Shown here: positions 10,650 through 20,000 of the stretch, one piece after another
Numbering within the stretch: the stretch's first letter is position 1
How the letters are laid out: each line of letters opens with the position of its first letter
DNA from: Priapulus caudatus
Lineage: Eukaryota
Length of the DNA: 20,000 nt
Reading direction: 5' to 3'
Assembly: GCF_000485595.1 (NCBI RefSeq)
Contig: NW_014577069.1
Coordinates: 896,858 to 916,857, forward strand
Notes under the pieces: model-generated
Databases searched by the model: none
What the model was told of the DNA's origin: nothing
Seen by the model: the letters and a program-made list of their open reading frames with translations, nothing else
Position numbers and translations under genes: made by a program

Positions 10650-12660
10650 CCAGTCCATTTCCATACCATGGCCACTCATGCCGATCCATCCATTATCCAC
10701 CATCCATGGCCATCATCGCCCGATCTCATCATCTATTCCACCCATCCATCCATATCATCCGCCATCACCAGCCGTGCCATTCATCACCCCCCATCCATCC
10801 CCCATCCTCCATTTGATCATATCATCCTATTCCATCCAGTCATCCATCCATCCATTCAGCCATCCATCCCATCCATACCCATCACCATCCACAATGACCT
10901 CCATCATCCCATCCCCATTCCATGCATCCCATCCCATCCATCCCATACCATACTCCATACCAACGCCATGTCCATGCTATCTCGGATCCATCCATATCTC
11001 TTACTAGCATATCACTGCCCAGTAGTGCCATCATACGCTCGGCCATCATCCAGTCATCCATACCATGCCCATCCATCTCCATCTACCATCATCCATCCAC
11101 CCATCCATCCATCGCATCCATCCATTCCCATCCATCCATCCATCCATCCATCCTCTCTACTACGATCCATTACCATCATCCAACCATCCCATCCTCCATG
11201 ACGCATGCCATCCATGCCATCATCATCCATGCGCCACACATCCATCCAATCCATCATCCATCCCACCATGTCCTATCCATCCATCCATCCATGCACCATA
11301 CCATCCATCCCATCCATTCATCCATCCCCACCCATCATCAGCCCACTCCATCCACCATCGACCGAATGTCATTTTATCTACTCGCATCTTAATGCTACTC
11401 TATCTATTATAATCTAGTCCTCATCTATCCTAGTTATCTTATCGCCGTAACTTTATCTATCTACTCTATCCGTATTATCTATTCTATCTATCTCATCATC
11501 TATTTATCCTATTAGGCGTATGTACTCCTATCCTAGCTATCTATCTCGCACCATCCCATCACCATCCATCCGCCATCCATCCCATCGCACCATCCATCCA
11601 TCCATCCACTCCATCCCATACTCATCATCACCATTCATCCCAGCCCACCATCCATTCCCCTCCCCCATCGCATCCCCATGCCATTACAATCAATGCCATC
11701 CGCATCGCCATAACCATCCATCTAGTGTGTAATACCATCCATTCCATACCTGGCATCCCACAGTCCAGACCCAGCCAGCCCATTCACATGCGCCGACGGG
11801 ACGGACGGCATCGTCCGAGTGATAGCGCCATACCATAGGCCAGGCAGCCAGCAGCCAGGCCATCGGGCCATCGCCATCGGCGCCAATCCAGCCAGTCCCA
11901 TCTTTCTACTCACTCCATCCATAGCCGGCGATCAGTCAAGCCAGTCATCATAACCATGCCATCTCAGTCCCCTATCCATCAGTCCGACTCCATCCCCATC
12001 CATCCATCCTCCATCTATGCCATCCATCCCATGCCAATCCATGCCCATCCATCCATCCATCCACCATCCCATCCATACCATCCATCCCATATCATCCATA
12101 CCCATCCCATCATCCATCATCCATGCCATCATCCATGCCAATCATCCATGCCATCCATCCATCCCATCCGACCATCCATCCATTCCATCACATCCATCCA
12201 TTCCATCACCATCCAGCACCATCATCACACCATCCATCCATCTCATGCCAATCCCATCCATGCCATTCCATCCATCCATCCATCCATCCATCCCTGCCAT
12301 CCATGCCATCCCTCCATCCATCCCACCATCCCATTCATGCTATCTATCCTTATTCTATCTATCAGCTATCTATCTACCTCTAGTCATCTATCTATCCTAT
12401 CTATCTATCTATCTATCTATCTATGATCTATCTATCTATCTATCTATCCTATCTATGCTATCTATCTTCATTCTATCGATCGTATCTATACTAGTCATGC
12501 TATCATCTATCTATCTATCTATCCTATCTATTTATCTTATGCTATTTATCTATCTACTATCTATCTATCTTATCAATAATCATCTATCTATATATCCTAC
12601 TATGTATCTATCTATATACTCGATGACTCTCTCTATTCTACGCTATCTAGATCTATTTAT
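10650..12660. repeat. About 2 kb degenerate tetranucleotide array: (CCAT)n with (TATC)n and (CCAG)n blocks
   Basis: CCAT about 10650-11360, TATC about 11370-11545, CCAT, CCAG-like about 11750-11945, CCAT to about 12340, TATC to about 12660. Source of the His/Pro/Ser/Ile-rich spurious ORFs. Confidence 0.92.
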
Positions 12661-14598
12661 ATCCTCACTTCTCCTCGTCGCTCTCTTTATATATATATTA
12701 TAGAGTAATGGGATATAATATATACTAGGTAGTATATATATAACTTATATATGCGTGCATAATCGTGGTAACATAATGGCGGGCATAGCGCTAGGTTTCA
12801 TTACCCCTGATTATTCGCGCACCGCATTATGCTGTAGGTGGTTCCTCAGTTTAAAGGGACTCTTCTGAACCCACCGGGCGTGCCTAACGCATGTTGAGTC
12901 GGGCAGCCTGGAGGTTCCTCATGCCTTGAATTCAGGAGGGCCATAAACATGCGTACACTGCCATCGCTAGTTATGCACGTTTGTCTGGCCAGATTAAACT
13001 GCGACCGCTGTCTATATTGATGCCGACTAACATCACCGCCCCCGGCGTGCTTTCATGGCGCTCGTGACAGCCATTGCGTACAAAGTAAAAGATTTAAAGA
13101 CAACGGTGTATTTAACACGGTGCACTGCGCTTAATGCTGCCTCAGCGCCAGCTGCTCAATATGCAACGAAAACGCCGATGGATAGTATCAGCAGTGATGC
13201 ATTCCTGTTGTTTCTCTGCGGCCGGCGTGATACATTACGCTGTCGAGTCGCTGCTCGCTAGAATTACTCTCGAATACACACGAGTCGATTTGTGTTCCAC
13301 AGTGTTAGACCATGTTGAATTACATGCAGTTGACTTCTAACGAATCATCATTAGTTTCTCAGAAATTAGCCCAACATTGAAAATTTCAACTTCAAAAACT
13401 TGATGTCAAAGGAATACGGTTTAAATACGGTGCAGCCATTGAGAACTGATGGTCTATGGTTAGCATAATAAGGCAATAAATGCCTTTCCCCGCACTTCTT
13501 ATTGAGCAATCATGAATCTCTTGGCCTTTGAACAAAGTGTCGTCCAGTAACCCAAACCAACTTTAGCCTACACAACTTTAAGCACGCTCACGCGTAAGTC
13601 TTAAAGTTCTCGCTTTCATTAACGAGCTGTATTTGAATTAATACTAATCACGTAAACAATTCACCCGGCCAAAATACACGGCAAAATTACGATTATTTAT
13701 ATATTGACAGCGTGGCGTTTACCCGTACCATATCAAACAAAAATGTGCACAGCGCAGGAAATAGAGCGATGACGTCAGCTCTAAACTTAGATGTTAATCG
13801 AGTGTATGGCGCGCCGTAGAACTAAAACAATTATAGTTGAAGAAAAATTAGGCGCTGTCGTTCATCTCCATTATTTCGATCGGACTTTGGTATTAGTGTT
13901 ATGTCTGTCACGGACGCACTCCAACGCCACAGTTTGCCTAGAAATTAAGCTCGCGGGAGACGCAGATTCACCGGCATGCCATATTATAGATTCAAAATAA
14001 AAAGTGAATCTGGTTGTCAGCGAGTAAAAAAAACCCAAACATCATAACGTCGTACGCTTCGTCACGGCGCATGCCATTTCGCATCGCTGATCATTTTACA
14101 CTAGGCGATCAAAACCCGCACTATATGGAGGTGTTTACTAGCACCGTCGCTCCATCTCATGACCACTACTACTACTTTCCGGACGCAGTGGCAATCTTCA
14201 ACAGTTCTACTTCGCGTCGACAGCCCTATACTGGACGTCAAAGCGCTTAATTCGGTCAACGAAGATCATCGAGGCCAATCAATATATGTTGTCGTCGCAA
14301 CTCAATCTGGACGCTCTACGCTCTCGCAAGCGCCGACAGCATTCGACCGCTACAGAACAAATCGCGCCAGCAAAATTAACGGCGTCTATCACGACAGTAG
14401 GCGACAGGAGACGCAACTGGTGCCAGCCAAGACGAGACTGTGTGCGCTCTTGTCTCTTATTTCATCTGACGGAAATAAGACCAGCGGCCATATAAAAGCG
14501 TACACGCGGTCAACCCGAGCAAAACACACACACCGGCCACTAAATGACAGCGAATCGAATGAGACACAGACAGACGAGACGAGAGAGAGAGAGAGAGC

Positions 14599-14600
<2 letters not shown>
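12660..14600 (+). repeat. Long inverted repeat B, left arm (partner 18221-20000)
   Basis: Exact reverse-complement anchors 13391-13412 vs 19297-19318 and 13827-13858 vs 18868-18899; colinear similarity from about 12745 (vs 19915) to about 14570 (vs 18235). Ends approximate. Confidence 0.93.

Positions 14601-14667
<67 letters not shown>
14561..14667. repeat. (GA)n microsatellite
   Basis: Direct reading, slightly degenerate. Confidence 0.95.
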
Positions 14668-14669
<2 letters not shown>

Positions 14670-15100
14670 GGACTGTATGTGTGTGTACTCGGAGCGTTAT
14701 TCGGGCTCTTCAATGAGTATTATATACGCGCGTGCGGAGCTTAACAGAGAGTTTGCCCAGCGGACCCCGTGTACGCGTGTCATTCGGACATGCAGCCACG
14801 TATGTTCAAACTTCGGCATGTCTGGCGGTCCGATTGAGCTGCCGTGCCAAAGAATGCGCGCGAATGAGTGACTACTGACCGACGAGTCGTCGAACAGACT
14901 TGCGGAGGTTTCCCATTGACGTCACGTCTTGATGCCACCCGAGGCATGCGGTTACACACACACAGATCCCCGATCAGAATTCACCAAACGCCACACTATA
15001 TATGTCGGGATAAGTAATTCTACAGCGGACTCAATGTGGCGTCGAATCTATCTATTCATAGTCGTCATCAATTTCGAAATGAGGGGTACAAAAAACGAAT

Positions 15101-15184
15101 CGATCATTCAAATGCATAATGATTTGACGCTGACAAATTAGTCGATGCATTCAAATGTTAGAATGATGACTCTGACAAATTAGT
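15101..15184. repeat. Two-copy 42-bp tandem duplication
   Basis: 15101-15142 and 15143-15184 share CGAT(G)CATTCAAATG...TGAC.CTGACAAATTAGT. Confidence 0.8.
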
Positions 15185-15614
15185 TATAATATTAGCAGCA
15201 AGGAAAACCTTTACTCAGCGCAGTTGGACGACCACGGCTACTAGCTGTATTAAATACTGCGCATTTATATTAGCAAGCATGACATAATTTCGACTTGTTA
15301 TACTAATTGCAGGTTATACGCGCATGCTGCTCCCTGGAAGGATTCTGCTGCGAATCGATAGATAATGAGAACCGTGCTTATTTTACCGACGACTACATAC
15401 TGCGACTATAATTGCAGTGAGCCTCAGGCGTAGCAAGCTTTCACAGTATGATGCAATACACGTACTCGTGAAAAATCCGAGTCTGCACTTCTAATGGCCG
15501 TCAATTTAGCCTACAAAATGGCGAATAAACAAAAGGCCGCAAACCTGCGACCGATGTCAAACGCAGAAAGCACACGAGGCATCCTCGATCCGCCACGCAA
15601 TTAAGATGCGGCGA

Positions 15615-15646
15615 GGCGCGCGCGCGCGCAGCGCGCGCTGCAGTGG

Positions 15647-15677
<31 letters not shown>

Positions 15678-15904
15678 TGTGTGTGTTGTGTGTGTGTGTG
15701 GTTGTGTGTGGTGTGTGTGTGTTGTGNNNNNNNNNNNNNNNNNNNNNNNNNTTTCTTCTCTCTCTCCTCTCTCTCTCATCTCTTCTATTCTCTCCTTCTC
15801 TCTCTCTCCATCGTCTCTCTCTTCTCTCGCTTCCTCTCTCGCTCTCTTTCTCTCTCTCTCTCTCTCTCTTCTCTCTCGTTCTCCGCTCTTCCTTCTGTCT
15901 GTCG

Positions 15905-15939
<35 letters not shown>

Positions 15940-16208
15940 GTCTGTCTGTCTGTCTCTCTACTCTCTCTATTTCTCCTCTCTCTCTCTCTGTCTCTCTCAC
16001 GCGCTCTCATCTCTCTCTCTTTCTCTCTCCTTTTCTCTCTCTCCTCCTCTACTCTCCTCATCTCTCTTCTCTCTCTCTGCCTCTCTCCCTCTCTGGTCGC
16101 TCTTTCTTTCTCGCGCTCGCCTCGCTCTCGCGCTTCCCTCTCTCCGCGTCTCTCTCTCGCTCTCACTTTCTCTCTCTCTCTCATCCTGCTCTCTCTCTCT
16201 CCTCTCTG
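15615..16208. repeat. (GC)n-(GT)n tract, 25-N gap (15727-15751), then a long degenerate (CT)n tract
   Basis: Direct reading. Confidence 0.95.
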
Positions 16209-16285
16209 TTTTACGGGCGCCCCGTCGCCTTGGCCAAGCTGCGCGTGCTATCATCAGCTCTGCGCTTAAATGTACCGCTTGCAAT

Positions 16286-16886
16286 ACGCATGGCGTCGTA
16301 AAAGTTTTGTTGGCAGCTCGCCGTTTTTTAGCCTCCGTAGCTCTGGCTTCCTTCCCCATTACACGCGCGCGCGTCGGCGTCTCCACGCGTCCGCGGAACT
16401 ATGCGCGAGTTTATTTACGTATTTGTCACGGTGGGAATACATTCGGTTCGAGTTTATTTGCGTATTTATTTTCCCGCGTGCGAGATGAACTAAAACAAAA
16501 ATGCGCGCTTTTCATCAGGCACGCAACAAGTACGCTCGGTGCTGCTCGCGAGATGCAATGCGAAGCTCATTGTGTTAGAAAGCTACGACGGAGCGTGTTG
16601 CAGGCCGCGGTGTGGACCGACGCAAACCATCAGATGCCGCCTCTAAGCTACGACGGGGGCGCGGACAAGAAAACAATTGCCGTGGCGCAATTATTACGCA
16701 GCCCGCGGCTGAATGAGACTGTCACGTCGCATCGTTTTTAGCCGCAATAAGCAAAATATCTGAAAAATTTCACCGCGGGGCCACGCCGAGTCCGCCCGGG
16801 TGTTCTTAAATATACAGCTGTTTCATAATACATTGTAGGGGCCGTTCCGTGTAAGCGATCGTGAGGCCGAGCGAATTTCAGTAAAT
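16286..16886 (+). repeat. Direct repeat A, copy 2
   Basis: See copy 1; both copies end at a GAGCGAATTTC(C)AGT motif. Confidence 0.92.
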
Positions 16887-16890
16887 CTCG

Positions 16891-16892
<2 letters not shown>

Positions 16893-16951
<59 letters not shown>
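16893..16951. repeat. (GA)n microsatellite
   Basis: About 29 perfect units. Confidence 0.97.
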
Positions 16952-16952
<1 letters not shown>

Positions 16953-17766
16953 CAGAGGCACGCGCGCTCCCGGCTAGACGCATTCGTCACGGCCGCGGGG
17001 TGGTCGCGAAAAACGAGGTTGCTGCGCCGCCGCGAGTTACGCTGTTTACCTCACGCCTCGGGCCTAAGCAGAATTTTGCCTGCCAGCTTAGTTGTGTTCT
17101 GCGTCATCAGCTCTCGGTCTCCTCTCTGCCTTGTCTCAGACATGTTGCTCGTCTGTGAGAGCTCTACGAATGAGTGAGTTCTCCCCCCCCTCCCCGCCAC
17201 CACGTCCCCGCGTGGAGATAAAAACGTATGTGTACACTAGGCGTTAATAATCCAGTTCAACATTTTCCTATATATAACGCTGTGTAAACACCTTAGCACG
17301 CGTCCACTGCAGAATTTTAACCACGTTATCGAATTTTGCTTCAATAGTATTGTCTAGAACACGTGTACAGAATCATAACGTCAGTAACTATGCGCACGTG
17401 CCCGCCGATGCTACGTGTAATCAAGATATAGCAAGCATCGAATTCGAGACATTATCTAAAGAGAGAGAGAGAGCCATAAGCAAGCAGTTTTTCGGATTTT
17501 GCAACAGCGAGTTTTAAATTAGCGCAATATCTCTTGTCGAATATCTCTTGTCATTTTACTCTCGCGTAAATTCAGTATTCTCTACTCGAGGGTTCATTGT
17601 AAATACAGTAGAGTGAGAGAGATCGAACGCTGCGGCAGAACGACGTCAGTTCAAGGGAATTGGACAATTTCGAACGTCTATTATATCGCACGTCGATATA
17701 TTACATGAAATGAGACAAAGGCAAGAACTGTGCAGGCCAACTAGAACGTGACTTACAAAAAAACAT

Positions 17767-17772
17767 TTTATT
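17767..17772 (-). promoter_or_regulatory. Candidate polyadenylation signal (AATAAA) for the nAChR transcript
   Basis: TTTATT on + is AATAAA on -, about 220 nt past the stop codon; ATTAAA variant at 17845-17850. Hexamer match only. Confidence 0.3.
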
Positions 17773-17989
17773 GATAATCGAGTAACGCGTAAAGTTTTCT
17801 CCATTCGACAAACGAAAGCAAGATAATAGTCATTCGCTGGCGAATTTAATAAAAACACGAACATTCATGACTTTCCATACCCTCCCCCCTTCCCTTCCCT
17901 TCCCTCCCCTACCAATAACCTATCAGAGAACCGCGGGTTGATGACGATGCGGAATTTAAAAATGCGATACAAATACGAATTGTCTATAG

Positions 17990-18157
17990 TCAAGTATTTG
18001 TTTTCTTCTTCAGCAGCTCTGTCACCGGTTCCGAGAAGTCGTATATCGCGGGAGCGCTGAGCATCATTCCAAGCGTTCCAATAACGCACGCCGCCGAAAA
18101 GAAATAAAGAAAAAGTCTGTCCAGTACCATGGCAATGTATTGCCAGTCTTCCCTCAC
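17990..18157 (-). CDS. Terminal coding exon of a nicotinic acetylcholine receptor (Cys-loop ligand-gated ion channel) subunit: end of the intracellular loop, TM4 and short C-terminal tail; partial gene
   Basis: Translation [55 protein letters not shown] matches the nAChR signature (E)[14 protein letters not shown]...GT...AP..YD, recalled from invertebrate cation-type subunits. It is preceded on the minus strand by a pyrimidine-rich acceptor TTATTATTTTTTTCAG (CAG at 18160-18158), phase 0; 168 nt = 55 aa + stop. Alpha versus non-alpha cannot be determined because the loop C vicinal cysteines are not in this exon. No upstream exon was recognised in the window. Confidence 0.93.
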   Translation of the reverse strand: MREDWQYIAMVLDRLFLYFFSAACVIGTLGMMLSAPAIYDFSEPVTELLKKKTNT

Positions 18158-18220
18158 CTGAAAAAAATAATAACGCATTCGTGGCAGCTTATCAGATTCG
18201 ATAGAACGAGATATATTTAT

Positions 18221-19925
18221 ATCTCTCTCTCTCTGTCTGTCTCATTCGATGGCTGATTTAGTGCCGGATTAGTGTGTTTGCTCGGTTGCCGCGTGTACGT
18301 TTTATATGCGCTGGTCTTATTTCCTCCCGATAATAAAAGACAAACGCACACAGTCTCGTCTTGGCGGCCACCAGTGTCGTCTCGCTGTCGCATACTGTCG
18401 TGATAGACGCCGTTATTTTGCCGCGTTTGTCTTGATAGCGGCGGAATGCTGTCGGCGCTTGCGAGGGTAGAGCGTGCGATTGAGTGCGACGACAAAATTA
18501 TATTGATTGCTCGATATTTCGTTGACCGATTAGCGCTTTGCGTCCTATAGCTGTCGACGAAAGTAGAACTGTTGAAGATTGCCACTCTCCGAAATATAGT
18601 ATTGTCGTCATTGAATGGGAGCGACGGTTGCTGTAAACAACATCCATATAAGTGCGGGTTTTTGATCGCCTAGTGTAAAAGATCGCGAATCGAAATGCGC
18701 ATGCGCGTGACGAACTATCGAGTTATTGATGTTTTTTTTTTATCTGACAACAGATTCTTTTATTTTAATCTATAAATATTTGCGTGAAATTGCGAGCTTA
18801 ATTCTAAGAGCAAATGTGAACTCTGACAGACATAACACTAATAAAAATCCGATAAATATGAATGAACACAGCGCCTAATTTTTCTTCAACTATAATTGTA
18901 TTTTATTTACTGCGCGCCATACACTCAGATTAACATCTAATTTACAGCTGACGTCATCGCTTATTTCCTGCGCTCGTCACATTTTTGTTTGATATGGTAC
19001 GGTAAAACAGACGCTGTAATATATAAATATCGTATTTTCCGTGTATTTTGCGGTGAATTATTACGTATTAGTATTAATTCAAGTACATCTCGTTAATGAA
19101 AGCGAGAACTTTTAACTTACGCCGTGAGCGTGCTTAAAGTTGTGTAGCTAAAGATTGGTTTGGGACTGACGCACACTTTGTTCAAAGCCAAGAGATCTAG
19201 ATTCTAATAAAAGTCGGGAAGGCAATTATTCCTTATTATGCTAAAACCATAGCACCACAGTTCTCAAATGGCTGCCGTAAATTTAAACCGTAATTCCCTT
19301 TGACATCAAGTTTTTGAAAGTTGAAATTTAAATGTTGCATAATTTCCTGGAAAATAATGAATGATTCGTTAGAAGCAATGCATGCATAATTCAACAAGGT
19401 CTTAACTGTGATAAAAATCGACTCGTGTGTATTGATTAGTAATTCAGGAGCAGGACTCGACAGCGTTGTATCAACGCCGCGCAGAGAACAACGGGATGCC
19501 ATCATGCTGATACTATCCATGGGTTTCGTTAGCATATCGTGACAGTGCGCTGAGGCCAGCATTAAGCCGAGTGACGTGTTAAACTACACGTTGTCTTTAA
19601 TTTTTACTTGTACGCAATGTGTCACGGCGGCCTGAAAGCACGCGGGGCGGTGATGTTAGTCGGCATCAATAAGACAGCGGCGCAGTTGTAATCTGCCGAC
19701 AAACGTCAATACTAGCGATGGCATGTACGCATGTTGTATGGCATCTGACATTCAAGGATGAGACTCCAGGCTGCGCTCAAACATGGTGGACGCGGTGTGG
19801 TCCAAAAGAGCCTAAAATGAGGGACCACCTACGTAATGCAGTGCGCAATAATCAGGGTAATAAACCTAGCAGATGCCCGCCTAATGTTACACGATTATGC
19901 ACGCATATATAAGTATATATATATA

Positions 19926-19970
<45 letters not shown>

Positions 19971-20000
19971 AGAGAGAGAGAGAGAGTAGAGTAGTAATAA
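18221..20000 (-). repeat. Long inverted repeat B, right arm, within the intron preceding the nAChR terminal exon; may continue beyond the window
   Basis: See left arm; includes the terminal (TC)n and (TA)n/(GA)n tracts. Confidence 0.93.

Noticed and set aside
10599..12703. Long His/Pro/Ser/Ile-rich ORFs (up to 228 aa)
   Set aside because: Translations of degenerate (CCAT)n/(TATC)n; several overlapping frames are open, typical of stop-poor simple repeats.
14159..14716. 185-aa ORF in repeat B and similar 122-aa ORF at 18217-18585
   Set aside because: Frames are not conserved between the two arms and no transposase or RT motif is recognisable; the shared peptides just reflect the DNA duplication.
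15101..15184. Repeat pair that might suggest a CRISPR-like array
   Set aside because: Only two adjacent copies, no unique spacers, no cas genes, eukaryotic context.
14668..15614. Possible fold-back (missed-adapter) copy of the nAChR exon region
   Set aside because: By eye it does not match the reverse complement of 16950-18220, so the inverted repeat is not a simple read palindrome.
15501..16741. ORFs of 208-363 aa (Leu/Ser-rich or Arg/Glu-rich)
   Set aside because: Read through (GT)n, an N-gap and (CT)n; no domain-like content.
17990..18178. ORF-track start MRYYFFQ for the nAChR segment
   Set aside because: The first 7 codons are the intron's pyrimidine tract and CAG acceptor; the exon begins at 18157.

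Overview
Microsatellite-rich eukaryotic (invertebrate-like, species not identifiable from sequence) genomic DNA from a draft assembly, with three N-gaps and long stretches that look like noisy long-read gap fill. The only recognisable gene piece is the terminal coding exon (TM4 and C-terminus) of a nicotinic acetylcholine receptor subunit on the minus strand (17990-18157). The rest is non-coding: two MITEs with terminal inverted repeats (7166-7370 and 9150-9846), a cluster of small hairpins sharing an ATCAGGAG end motif (6771-7028), a 60-bp minisatellite, a (TAACCC)n tract, a ~0.6-0.7 kb direct repeat pair, and a ~1.8-1.9 kb inverted repeat pair that brackets the receptor exon. Almost all listed ORFs are translations of simple repeats. 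I see no well-supported novel biological system. The most interesting structures are the exon-bracketing inverted repeat (possibly an assembly artefact) and the hairpin cluster.
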